From Alphaproteobacteria bacterium (GTDB lineage: Bacteria > Pseudomonadota > Alphaproteobacteria > UBA9219 > RGZA01), in the NCBI GenBank assembly GCA_028278105.1, contig JANQEX010000074.1, forward strand, positions 6,237 through 70,236: a stretch of 64,000 nt of DNA, given 5' to 3'. The position numbers were made by a program, and so were the translations under genes. This document shows, piece after piece, positions 27,876-37,359 of the stretch. A model generated the notes under the pieces. It ran no database searches, had not been told where the DNA came from, and saw only the letters and a program-made list of their open reading frames with translations. Every line of letters begins with the position of its first letter. The stretch's first letter is position 1.

Positions 27876-28298
27876 TCAAGGGGAGAGGAAGAATCTTTCC
27901 TTGCCCGTCTGCGCCGAGGCTTCAGTGGGTCTTTGGGGAAAGCCAAACTGCGGCATAGCATCTAACGTGTGGAGCTTACCGTGAATTGCCGCCTGAAGCG
28001 CGCTGCCGTCGGCAGCTCCGAATAACGTACGCTCGCATGTCTCGATCTGTTGATCCCTAGGCATTTTCTCTACTCGGTTTATAAAGGCCGCCGTTGCCGC
28101 CGCGTGCAGCGGGTTGCGGTGATTAGCCCAATGCGCCAGATCTGCGTAGAAATAAACGAGGTCTTCCGAAGGAGTAGTCATGTTAAGAAACGCAAAGAAG
28201 GGCTTTGTATAAAGCGGATTGCTGTTAGCACAGCGAAGAAGCCGCCCAGCTACTCTTTCCGAGAAATCGTTAAACATTGTCTTAACTCGATCCTTCAT
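27876..28298 (-). CDS. Hypothetical protein (about 140 aa) in a low-GC islet. The C-terminal tail reads into a REP-like repeat
   Basis: ORF in a roughly 50% GC segment next to an IS remnant. No recognisable domain. Confidence 0.4.
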   Translation of the reverse strand: MKDRVKTMFNDFSERVAGRLLRCANSNPLYTKPFFAFLNMTTPSEDLVYFYADLAHWANHRNPLHAAATAAFINRVEKMPRDQQIETCERTLFGAADGSALQAAIHGKLHTLDAMPQFGFPQRPTEASAQTGKERFFLSP

Positions 28299-28413
28299 CA
28301 CAAAACTATATCAGCAAGTTATTGCTTAAAGCAAGTTGATATTTCGCGGTCGCCTGGCAAATAAATGCCTATAGTATTCGCTCTCTAAAAGGATATCGTC
28401 GCGTTAACCATAA

Positions 28414-28716
28414 ATGAGCATTATCCATTGCGCCGACCTTTTCACGTGCCGCTTCGCTTCTAGCAGTCGAGACGACGCCGCGGGGGCGATTATCGACAGT
28501 CAGACCGTTAAGACCAGCGAAAGCGGCGGACCGCGCGACTATGACGCCGGCAAGAAGATCAAAGGCCGCAAGCGACAAGCCCTCGTCGATACTGACGGCC
28601 GCGCGCGCTCCTGCTCGTTCCGCATCCAGCCGGTATTCAGGATCGTGACGAGGATCAATGGCGCTCCACCGCCACGAAATCTGCCGGCAGCCCGCCCCCA
28701 TCATCGCCCGCATTAA
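28414..28716 (+). pseudogene. IS5-family transposase fragment (DDE N-terminal region only)
   Basis: Translation contains [37 protein letters not shown], the conserved IS5/IS427-group motif. Only about 100 aa remain, with no intact IS ends. Confidence 0.7.
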
Positions 28717-29058
28717 TCAACCACTTCGGCAATGTCCATAGAGAGGCTTTTGCCAGCATGACATGAATATATTCCCCTCCCTCTGGGAGGGGTTAGGGGA
28801 GGGCTCATGTGCATGCTTCATGGGTAATGCTTCTTCTTATGGGAAGGTCTTCCCTCCCCCTTCCCCCCCTCCGCCTTCGCTCTGCGAACTACGGCGGACG
28901 AGCTTTCTTCAAGGACCCGCCGTAGCTTTAGCGAAGGCGGGCCGGAGGGAGGGGGCGTGATTTTCATTTCCCTCCCAAAGGGAGAGGGTAGCGGTCTTTT
29001 TCCCGCTTTCGCGGGAATGCGCATGGTGTAAATTCCATCAGAACCGGAAACTTCCCGC

Positions 29059-31254
29059 ATGCGCATTGCTTTTCTGAATGTCTGGGCCAACAAGTCGGCC
29101 GAAGCCCATATCGGCGAGGCGCTGCGTGGCGTGGCCCGTGGCCTGGGGCATGAGTTGAAGCCTTGCGTCAACAGCGCCGAGGTGGAGGCGTTCAACCCTG
29201 ATTTCGCCATCGTGCTGTCGCGCACGCAGGCCAGGCTCACACGCTGCCCCACCTATCTGGCCATCAACGAGCCGGCCAGCGTTTACCTGCGCGAGCCGGG
29301 GCTTTTCCTGTCGGTGCTGACCTTCGACGGCTATCTGGCCCTGGCCGATAGTTTGCGCGGTTTCCTGAAGAACGCGCTGCACGGCATCGGCCGCAAGGAA
29401 GAGGTGGGCGAATACTACAACACCTCCGCCCGTTTTGACGGCGGCAGCGAACCGGTACGCAAGGCGCTGCTCGAAGGCAAGGGCCGGCTCACTTATTTCG
29501 GCACCAACTGGGACGGGCGGCGCATCAGCTTTTTCAAAAGCCTTGGCCAATGGGAAGACGTGGAGCTTTACGGGCGGAAAGAGGCCTGGGAGCAGCACAA
29601 AATCCCCAACTACAAGGGCGAGGTGACGTTCGACGGGTTCTCGTTGCACGAGATCTACCGCCGCAACGGCATCGGCCTGAATATTCAGGGCGATCATCAT
29701 GTGTATGAAGACGTGATTTCCAACCGGGTGTTCGAAATCACCGCCGTGGGCGCGGTCTGCCTTTCGGCGCGCATGCCCTGGCTGGAGAAAAACTACGGCG
29801 ACAGCCTTTATTATTTCGAGCAGGAGCAGTCCGATCTTCGCCTGCTGGAAAATATCCGCGCGCTGCTTGATCACATCCACGCCCACCCGGAAGAGGCCTG
29901 GGAAAAGGCACAAAAAGCTCGCCGCATCTTCGAGGAAAAATTCGCCCTCGACGTTCTGCTGGAGAAAACCGTTTCGTTTCACGTGAAACGGCGGGAAGCC
30001 TTCGCCTCCCGCGACCGCGGCCGTGATCCGCTCATCAGCGTCATTATTTGCAGTGATGGCGGGAATATTAAGGGATTGCAGAAAGCCTGCGGCGCAATCG
30101 CCGCGCAGGATGCGGGACGGTTCGAACTGGTTCTTGTGAAAACCGCGCCTTTTTCCTTCACCCCGCCGGCGTCGCCTTTCCTGGTCTTCAAGGAAGTCGC
30201 GGCAGAGGAAGGCAAAACGCCGCTCTGGCAGGGGCTGGCGGCGACGGGGGGCGACCATGTCGCCATGTTGGACGAAGCCTGCGAATGGTTCCCGCAGCAT
30301 GTCCGCCGGCTTCTGGATACAAGGCTGGGAGACGGGGATTTTGCCCATTCCGCCGTGGTGGAGCAATGCCTGTCGCCTCCCGGCGAAACGGCATGGGTGG
30401 GCAATAATGAATTGCGGCGGCTGACCTGTCATCTTGACGTGAAGGGCCGCGAAATCCGCAACGCGGCCGAGTTGATTCATCCATGCGGCTTTCTCGCGCC
30501 GCGCCGGTTGCTTGATGAGGATTTGATGGATGATCCCGGCCTTGGCAAGGGGGCGGCGCGTTATCTGGTGCTAAGCCTTCTGGCCCGCGCCCGGCCCGTG
30601 CAGAATTTCGCGCCCACGGTTTTGACATCCACGGCGGTCCTGGCGGCGCTTCAACCTTCAAACGAGGAGTGGACGGCCATCATGCTGCGCCTGTGGCGGG
30701 CGACGTCCCGGAACGGCGGAGCCAACACGTTTCTCGACCAGTTTCCCGATGCCGGCTTTCGCATGCGCGCGCGGCGCTATGAAACACGGCGGGAAGAAAA
30801 AGACGGCGTGGTCCATGACCGCCTCAGCCATTCGCGCTTCGATCCCGCGCGGCTCAAACCCGCGCCGCTGCCATGGGTGCGGGCGCAATCCTTCTTTCAT
30901 CTTGGCCTTAGCCTGATCGACGCGGCGGCGCTGTCGCTTTCCATCAAGACCAGCGAAACGATGCGCGGCCTTGCCGGCTTCATCGCCTTTCCGCTGGCCG
31001 AAGACGGCGGCACGCCGGTTGAATATCTTGTCGTCGTCGAGGCCGAGGTGGAGAGGGGCCAGTTTTCCGTGCAGCTTTTGCATAACGAGCGCACGCTGGA
31101 ACGCTATGCCGTGGCCCGCACGTTTACTCCCGGCAAGCGTTATGTTCTGGAAATCCCCGTCTATTTCCGGCCGGAGGTGAGCGGCATCGTGATCGATGTT
31201 TCGCCCAACACCACGGCCCATATCCGCCGCATTTCGGCGAGGGTGGAAGAATAA
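29059..31254 (+). CDS. Large multidomain glycosyltransferase (N-terminal GT-B/CgeB-like domain, central GT2-like domain ISVIICSDGGN, uncharacterised C-terminal domain)
   Basis: 731-aa ORF with host-typical codon usage. Domain calls are by motif/architecture resemblance only. Confidence 0.6.
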   Translation: MRIAFLNVWANKSAEAHIGEALRGVARGLGHELKPCVNSAEVEAFNPDFAIVLSRTQARLTRCPTYLAINEPASVYLREPGLFLSVLTFDGYLALADSLRGFLKNALHGIGRKEEVGEYYNTSARFDGGSEPVRKALLEGKGRLTYFGTNWDGRRISFFKSLGQWEDVELYGRKEAWEQHKIPNYKGEVTFDGFSLHEIYRRNGIGLNIQGDHHVYEDVISNRVFEITAVGAVCLSARMPWLEKNYGDSLYYFEQEQSDLRLLENIRALLDHIHAHPEEAWEKAQKARRIFEEKFALDVLLEKTVSFHVKRREAFASRDRGRDPLISVIICSDGGNIKGLQKACGAIAAQDAGRFELVLVKTAPFSFTPPASPFLVFKEVAAEEGKTPLWQGLAATGGDHVAMLDEACEWFPQHVRRLLDTRLGDGDFAHSAVVEQCLSPPGETAWVGNNELRRLTCHLDVKGREIRNAAELIHPCGFLAPRRLLDEDLMDDPGLGKGAARYLVLSLLARARPVQNFAPTVLTSTAVLAALQPSNEEWTAIMLRLWRATSRNGGANTFLDQFPDAGFRMRARRYETRREEKDGVVHDRLSHSRFDPARLKPAPLPWVRAQSFFHLGLSLIDAAALSLSIKTSETMRGLAGFIAFPLAEDGGTPVEYLVVVEAEVERGQFSVQLLHNERTLERYAVARTFTPGKRYVLEIPVYFRPEVSGIVIDVSPNTTAHIRRISARVEE

Positions 31255-31292
31255 GGTATTATAATACCACATTATGAAAGTATCGGAATGGC

Positions 31293-31322
31293 TTGACGAA
31301 ACAGGGGCCCTCCGCCTATAAA
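31293..31322 (+). promoter_or_regulatory. Sigma-70-like promoter for rplM-rpsI (TTGACG - 18 nt - TATAAA)
   Basis: Near-consensus -35/-10 hexamers about 30 bp upstream of the rplM start. Confidence 0.4.
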
Positions 31323-31351
31323 ACGCGCCTGATTTTGAGGGAAACGCGACC

Positions 31352-31831
31352 ATGAAAAGCTATGCCATGCGCAAGGAGGATGCGCCCGCCCAGAAAGACT
31401 GGGTGCTGATCGACGCCGAAGGCGTGGTGCTGGGCCGTCTGGCGGCTGCCGTCGCCGGCATCCTGCGCGGAAAAACCAAACCGACCTACACGCCCCGCGT
31501 GGATTGCGGCGATCATGTCGTTGTCGTCAATGCCGAGAAGGTAAAGCTGACGGGAAACAAGCTGCGCGACCGCATCCTGTATCACCACACCGGTTTCCCC
31601 GGCGGGATCAAGGAACGCACGATGGGCTTTATCCTTTCGGGCAAGAATCCCGAACGCGCGATCCTGAAAGCGGTTGAGCGCATGCTGCCCAAGGAAAGCC
31701 CGCTGGCCCGCCGCCAGTTGACCCATCTGCATGTTTACAAGGGCCCGTCCCATCCGCACGAGGCGCAGCAGCCGAAGGCGCTGGACTTCGCCGCCTGCAA
31801 CCCGAAGAACAAGAGGAGCCGCGCCCAATGA
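31352..31831 (+). CDS. rplM: 50S ribosomal protein L13
   Basis: L13 family sequence. Overlaps the rpsI start (ATGA). Confidence 0.9.
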   Translation: MKSYAMRKEDAPAQKDWVLIDAEGVVLGRLAAAVAGILRGKTKPTYTPRVDCGDHVVVVNAEKVKLTGNKLRDRILYHHTGFPGGIKERTMGFILSGKNPERAILKAVERMLPKESPLARRQLTHLHVYKGPSHPHEAQQPKALDFAACNPKNKRSRAQ

Positions 31832-32307
31832 CCGCCGCCATCAAGGCCATCACCGAAATCGAGGCCCTTCGCCCCCGGAAGGACGAGCCCGCGCCCGAGC
31901 CCAAGACCCGCGTCGACGGCAAGGGCCGCGCCTATGCCACCGGCCGCCGCAAGGACGCGGCCGCCCGCATCTGGGTCAGGCCCGGCAAGGGCAAGATCAC
32001 CATCAACGGCCGCGACGTGAAGGAATATTTCGCCCGTCCCGTGCTGCAAATGATCGTGGCGCAGCCTTTTCAGGTCATTGCCCGGAACGAACAGTATGAC
32101 GTGGAAGGCACCGTTTCCGGCGGCGGACTTTCCGGCCAGGCCGGCGCGGTGAAGCACGGCATTTCCCGCGCGCTGACCTATCTGGAGCCGGACCTGCGCA
32201 GCCCGCTGAAGAAAGCCGGGCTTCTCACCCGCGACCCCCGCGCGGTGGAGCGCAAGAAATACGGCCGCGTCAAGGCCCGCCGCCGCTTCCAGTTCAGCAA
32301 GCGTTGA
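31828..32307 (+). CDS. rpsI: 30S ribosomal protein S9
   Basis: S9 C-terminal signature ([25 protein letters not shown]). Confidence 0.9.
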   Translation: MTAAIKAITEIEALRPRKDEPAPEPKTRVDGKGRAYATGRRKDAAARIWVRPGKGKITINGRDVKEYFARPVLQMIVAQPFQVIARNEQYDVEGTVSGGGLSGQAGAVKHGISRALTYLEPDLRSPLKKAGLLTRDPRAVERKKYGRVKARRRFQFSKR

Positions 32308-32391
32308 TGATACGGACGCCGTCTGGCGCGTTGTTTCAAACGAACATTCCGGGCAAGGCTGCGCAGCCGCCGCGGCCCGGAATCCTGTTCT

Positions 32392-32655
32392 ATGAGAGTC
32401 TGGACCCAGTTAAGTAGGTTTTTCATTCAAAAAAAACTGCTCACCCCGGCCCCCGCTTTCGCGGGGGCAGGCTCCAGCCGGGGGTCCAGCATGTTGCCGA
32501 AGGCAACATGCAACCGCCTTCGGCGGTTGCTGGATTCCGGCTTGTCCGCCTCCGCAAGCTTCGGCGTGACGGGTGCGCCAGGACCTCGGCGTAGCCGCCA
32601 GGCGAAGCCGGGCGCCGGAATGAGCAGTTCTCTGTTTGGTTTGATTCATTTCTAA
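32392..32655. mobile_element. MITE-like element, inverted-orientation variant copy (about 264 bp)
   Basis: Diverged TIR (AGTCTGGACCCAGTTAAGTAGG) at one end and rc of the conserved core (GAATGAGCAG...CTGTTTGGTTTGATTCATTTCTAA) at the other. Shares internal modules with 23418..23657. Confidence 0.6.
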
Positions 32656-32753
32656 AGGCGCGCTCTTGCAAACAGGACCGGCGCAGCTTTAGCGTAGCCG
32701 GGCCGTGGGAATGTGCGTATGATTGATTTGATTGCTTGATGGAAATTTCGCTT

Positions 32754-33803
32754 ATGTCTTCGCCGGAAAAAATCCGTATCGCCGTGCTGGGGGCCAGTGG
32801 TTACACGGGCGCCGAGTTGCTGCGTTTTCTCTTGCGTCACCCGGCCGCCGAAATTACCGCGTTGACGGCCGAGAAGAACGCGGGCCAGAAAACCGGCGCG
32901 GTGCTGCCGCATCTGGATTTTGAAGACCTGCCCGGCCTTGCGCGCGTCGCCGAGGTGGACTGGAGCCGGGTTGACCTTGCCTTTTGCTGCCTGCCGCACG
33001 GCGTCACGCAGGATGTCATTGCCGGCCTGCCGCGGCATGTGCGGATCGTGGATTTGTCGGCGGATTTCCGCCTTGCCGACGTGGAGGCGTATGCCGCCGC
33101 CTATGGCCAGAAGCATCGCGCGCCCGCGCTGCAAAAAGAGGCCGTGTACGGCCTGACCGAAATTTACCGCGCGCAAATCGAAAAGGCGCGGCTGGTGGCG
33201 AATCCCGGCTGCTATCCCACATCGGCCCAGCTTCCGCTCATTCCGCTTTTGCGTGAAAAGCTGATCGAGGCCGCCGATATCGTGATCGACAGCAAATCGG
33301 GCGTGACCGGCGCCGGGCGCGAGGCGAAGCCGGGCAGCCTTTACGCCGAGGTGGGCGAGGGCGTTCATGCCTATGGCGTCGCCACGCACCGCCATGCGCC
33401 GGAGATCGATCAGGGCTTGAGCGCGGCGGCGGGCCGGACGGTGACGGCCAGCTTCACGCCGCATCTGATGCCCATGAACCGGGGCCTTCTTTCCACGATT
33501 TACGTGAAGCTCGCCGCCGGCAAAACGGCGGGGGATCTGCGCGGCGCGCTGGAGGCCGCCTATGCGGGCGAGGCTTTCGTGAAAATTCTTCCCGAAGGGC
33601 TTTCGCCCGCCACGCGGCATGTGCGCGGCGTCAATCTGTGCGTGACCGGCGTGTTCGCCGACCGGCGCGCGGGCCGGGCCATTCTGGTCAGCGCCATCGA
33701 CAATCTGGTCAAGGGCGCGTCGGGCCAGGCCATTCAGAACATGAACCGGATGTCCGGCCTGCCGGAGACCATGGGCCTTGATTACATCGCGCTGTTTCCG
33801 TGA
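32754..33803 (+). CDS. argC: N-acetyl-gamma-glutamyl-phosphate reductase
   Basis: N-terminal GASGYTG NAD motif and catalytic Cys in PGCYPT. Confidence 0.9.
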   Translation: MSSPEKIRIAVLGASGYTGAELLRFLLRHPAAEITALTAEKNAGQKTGAVLPHLDFEDLPGLARVAEVDWSRVDLAFCCLPHGVTQDVIAGLPRHVRIVDLSADFRLADVEAYAAAYGQKHRAPALQKEAVYGLTEIYRAQIEKARLVANPGCYPTSAQLPLIPLLREKLIEAADIVIDSKSGVTGAGREAKPGSLYAEVGEGVHAYGVATHRHAPEIDQGLSAAAGRTVTASFTPHLMPMNRGLLSTIYVKLAAGKTAGDLRGALEAAYAGEAFVKILPEGLSPATRHVRGVNLCVTGVFADRRAGRAILVSAIDNLVKGASGQAIQNMNRMSGLPETMGLDYIALFP

Positions 33804-33956
33804 TCTCGTTCCCTGTCCTTGTCCGCCTTCTCCTCAACCGGAGCGTCATCCCGGAAAACGGGCGAAGCGCGTTTATCCGGGATATCATGCCCATGGGGGA
33901 AAGAGATCCTGGATAACCGCCTGCGGCGGTTTCCAGGATGACGTCAAAATGCGGAT

Positions 33957-34130
33957 TTACTTCTTGCTGCGCGCGATTTTGGCTTCGGTGAATTCCACAT
34001 GCTTGCGCGCCACGGGATCATATTTGCGCAGCTTCAGCTTTTCGGCCTTGCGGGGGTTCTTTTTCGTCGTGTAGAAAAAGCCCGTGCCTTCGGAACTCAC
34101 CATATGAATTGCGTTCTTGACTTTTGCCAT
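33957..34130 (-). CDS. rpmG: 50S ribosomal protein L33
   Basis: [27 protein letters not shown]... The longer ORF in the track is an upstream read-through. Confidence 0.85.
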   Translation of the reverse strand: MAKVKNAIHMVSSEGTGFFYTTKKNPRKAEKLKLRKYDPVARKHVEFTEAKIARSKK

Positions 34131-34229
34131 AGCCTCATCCTTGCTAAAGAGGCGTGAAAATAGCGGCTCGGAAGCCTGAAAGTCAAATATTAAGATAATG
34201 AACGAAATAACAATGACGATAACCATTAC

Positions 34230-34407
34230 GTCATTGCGAGCCCTGCGATAGCAGGGCGAAGCAATCCAGAAAACATAAACACTAGATTGCTCCCCGCTTC
34301 GCCTTCGGCTACGCAGGGCCAATGGAGAAAACCAGCCCGGCGTAGCTTCAGCGAAGCCGGGTCGTCGCCCGCCTTCGTTTCACTACGGCGCGGCTCCTCG
34401 CAATGAC
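34230..34407. mobile_element. Second type of small TIR element (about 178 bp; termini GTCATTGCGAG / CTCGCAATGAC) containing GC hairpin modules
   Basis: Perfect 11-bp terminal inverted repeats enclosing CCCTGCGATAGCAGGG and GGCTACGCAGGGCC / GGCGTAGCTTCAGCGAAGCCGG hairpins. Single copy in this window. Confidence 0.5.
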
Positions 34408-34417
34408 AGAATTGCCA

Positions 34418-36196
34418 TTAAAACCGCTCCGCCGGCAGTTCCAGAAGCCCGCGCTGGTCATGGAGAATGACCGGCAACAACCCTGCCGTTTGCGGCAGGA
34501 TGCTTTCGGCATAAAAGCGGGCGGTGGCGATCTTGGTTTTCAGGAAAGCCGCGTCACCGCTTTTCGCCGCCAGGCCTTCCAGCGCCACGCTGGCCGATTT
34601 GGCAAGCTGCGCGCCTCCCGCCGCCGTTCCGAAAAGACGCAGGAAGGGCACGGCGGCAATCGCCGCCACATCGACGTTTTCCCTGGCTTTTTTCACAAGA
34701 TGCATCGCCGCCTGTTGCAGATGGTCAAGCGAGGCGTTGAGCGAGGATGAGATGGCTTTCGCGTCCTCTCCGGGCTGCTGGGCCAGTTTCAGCGCCGTTT
34801 CCGTCATTTCCTTCAGGTAGACGAGGAAGGCCTTGCCCTCGTCGCGGGCCAGCTTGCGGAACAGAAGATCATTGGCCTGAATGCCGTTGGTGCCTTCGTA
34901 AATGCCGAGCACGCGCGCGTCGCGCATGTATTGCGCGGCCCCCGTCTCTTCCACATACCCCATGCCGCCGAACACCTGAATACCGGTGGAGGTGATTTCG
35001 TTGGAAAGGTCGGTCACCCATGCCTTGACGACGGGCGTGAGAAGATCGACGCGCGCCTGCGCCGCCGGGTCTTTCGCCCGCTTGGCCTGGTCGGCGGCGA
35101 ATCCGGCGCTGAAGGCCAGCGCGCGTGCCGCCTCGGTTTGCGATTTCATGGTCATCAGCATGCGCCGCACGTCCGGGTGCGCGATGATCGGCACCGGCCC
35201 GCCCTTGGGGTTGGTGAGCGTGGGGCTTTGCACGCGGGTGCGGGCATATTCCGCCGCGTCCTGCACGGCGCGCTCGCAGGCGGCCAGGCCCTGAATGCCC
35301 ACGGACAGGCGGGCGTTGTTCATCATCACGAACATGGCGGCGATGCCGCCGTTTTCCTTGCCCACCAGCTCGGCATAGGCGCCGCCCTTGTCGCCATAGG
35401 CCAGGGTGCAGGCGGGGCTGGCGTGCTGGCCCAGCTTGTGCTCAATGGAAACCGCGCGCATGTCGTTCTTCTCGCCCAGCGCGCCGTCGTCCTTCACCAG
35501 ATATTTCGGCACGAGGAACAGCGTGAGCCCCTTGGTGCCGGGCGGCGCGTCGGGCAGGCGCGCCAGAACAAGGTGAAGGATGTTTTCGGCAAGATCGTGC
35601 TCGCCGAAGCTGATGAAAATCTTCTGGCCCTGGACCTTGTAGGCGTTGCCATCCTTCCATGCCTTGCAGCGGATATTGCCGACATCCGAACCGGCGGAGG
35701 ATTCGGTGATGTCCATCGTGCCGCTCCACTTGCCGGTCAGGAGATGGGGCAGGTATTTCTTTTTCTGCTCCGGCGTGGCGTGTTCGGCAAGAAGCTCCGC
35801 CGCGCCCTGGTTCAGCATGGTGCAAAGGGCAAGGCCCATGTTGCCGGACTGCAAAAGCTCCTGCACCGCCATGGCCAGGGTGAAGGGCAGATTCTGTCCG
35901 CCGAATTCCTCTTCGAAGCACAGACCGTTCCAGCACCCGTCCACATAGGTCTGGTAAGCTTCTTTCGAGCCTGCGGGAGTCGTCACGTCGTCATTGACGA
36001 ATTTCAGGCCTTCCCGGTCGCCCCTGGCGTTCAGGGGCGCGAAGGTTTCGGACGCCAGTTTCCCGGCCTCTTCCAGAACGGCGGAGGCCAGTTCCTCGCT
36101 CAGTTGGGCGGTATGGGGAAGGGCTCCCAAGGCGTCATAGCCGATCAGGTTCTTGAATACGAAAAGAATGTCTGCAAGCGGGGGACGATAGGGCAT
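34418..36196 (-). CDS. Acyl-CoA dehydrogenase (long, about 590 aa, AidB/FadE-like)
   Basis: ACAD N, middle and C-terminal domain signatures (YEGTNGIQANDLL, catalytic region). Confidence 0.8.
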   Translation of the reverse strand: MPYRPPLADILFVFKNLIGYDALGALPHTAQLSEELASAVLEEAGKLASETFAPLNARGDREGLKFVNDDVTTPAGSKEAYQTYVDGCWNGLCFEEEFGGQNLPFTLAMAVQELLQSGNMGLALCTMLNQGAAELLAEHATPEQKKKYLPHLLTGKWSGTMDITESSAGSDVGNIRCKAWKDGNAYKVQGQKIFISFGEHDLAENILHLVLARLPDAPPGTKGLTLFLVPKYLVKDDGALGEKNDMRAVSIEHKLGQHASPACTLAYGDKGGAYAELVGKENGGIAAMFVMMNNARLSVGIQGLAACERAVQDAAEYARTRVQSPTLTNPKGGPVPIIAHPDVRRMLMTMKSQTEAARALAFSAGFAADQAKRAKDPAAQARVDLLTPVVKAWVTDLSNEITSTGIQVFGGMGYVEETGAAQYMRDARVLGIYEGTNGIQANDLLFRKLARDEGKAFLVYLKEMTETALKLAQQPGEDAKAISSSLNASLDHLQQAAMHLVKKARENVDVAAIAAVPFLRLFGTAAGGAQLAKSASVALEGLAAKSGDAAFLKTKIATARFYAESILPQTAGLLPVILHDQRGLLELPAERF

Positions 36197-36276
36197 GGTT
36201 CTTTCCTGTTGTTTAAGGGCTGACGGAACTTGGCACGCGGTTTGCGAAGAATGGGTTAACGGAGGAGACCCGCGCC

Positions 36277-37239
36277 ATGTCGGATCAGGTGCAAGACAAG
36301 GCCAATCATAATACGCATCTCTGGCAAGCCCAGAGCTTTGACAGGAGTCCCGTGCTGGGCGCGATAAAAACCGCCAGCGCCCGCACGGGGGTCGATTTTG
36401 CCTATCTGCTCAACAACGCCAGCCAGGAAAGCAGCCTTGACCCTTCCGCAAAGGCAACGTCAAGCAGCGCGACGGGATTGTTCCAGTTCATCAACCAGAC
36501 ATGGTTGCAGATGGTGAAAAATCACGGAAGTGATTACGGTCTCGAAAAAGAGTCCGGCGCCATCAGCATCACGAACGGCCGGGCGCAGGTGGACGATCCT
36601 GCCTTGCGCAAGAAGATTCTCGACATGCGCTACGATCCCGTTCTGTCGGCGGCGATGGCGGCGGAATTCACGGCCGGCAACAAGGATTATCTGGCCCGGA
36701 AGCTGGGCGGAAACATCGGCTCGACCGAGCTTTATCTGGCGCATTTCCTGGGGGCGGGGGGCGCGGCCAGGTTCATTGAGGCGATGCGGGCCGATCCATC
36801 GGCGTCCGCGTCCGCGCTGTTGCCGGAGGCGGCGAAAGCCAACCCGTCGGTTTTCCATGACAGGTCGGGACGGGCGCGCAGTCTTGAGGACGTCTATAAC
36901 AGCTTCGCGGCAAAATTCGACAAAAACGGCAACGTCTTTGCCCGCGCCGCCGTGGCGGAAGGAAAGAGCGGGAACAAGATTGCGGCGATGGTGGATAGTG
37001 CCGCGTCTTCTCCGGCCACGGGCGGGGGCCCGGCGTCTTCGTCATGGCCCAGGCGCGATCTGGCGGGGCTTTCCTCTTATTTCACCCGCCCGCCCGATGA
37101 GGCGGCGTCCATTGCCGCATCCCCCGGCGCGATTCCCGGCTTTAACTGGCATCCGGCCCATGCCACCTCCGGCACGCTTTTCAATGCCATGATCCTGGCG
37201 CAAACAAAAATAACCGAGGCGATGAAGGGCAGCGCATAG
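36277..37239 (+). CDS. Lytic transglycosylase (SLT) domain protein
   Basis: SLT catalytic region ESSLDPSAKA..SSATGLFQFI..TW. Confidence 0.7.
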   Translation: MSDQVQDKANHNTHLWQAQSFDRSPVLGAIKTASARTGVDFAYLLNNASQESSLDPSAKATSSSATGLFQFINQTWLQMVKNHGSDYGLEKESGAISITNGRAQVDDPALRKKILDMRYDPVLSAAMAAEFTAGNKDYLARKLGGNIGSTELYLAHFLGAGGAARFIEAMRADPSASASALLPEAAKANPSVFHDRSGRARSLEDVYNSFAAKFDKNGNVFARAAVAEGKSGNKIAAMVDSAASSPATGGGPASSSWPRRDLAGLSSYFTRPPDEAASIAASPGAIPGFNWHPAHATSGTLFNAMILAQTKITEAMKGSA

Positions 37240-37359
37240 GATGCCATGCCTGCCCCCACTGGAGCTTAGGACAGGCTTCGGCGGGAGGAAGTCCACGATA
37301 AGGAAAAAAGCGTGGATGCCTGCCTACGCGGGCATGACGTGTTCCAATGAACCCGGACC

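Noticed and set aside
33882-33915. Perfect 34-bp palindrome ATCCTGGATAACCGCCTGCGGCGGTTTCCAGGAT between argC and rpmG
   Set aside because: Probably a bidirectional terminator-like hairpin between convergent genes. It has no T-run and no other copies, so it is not reported as a separate feature.
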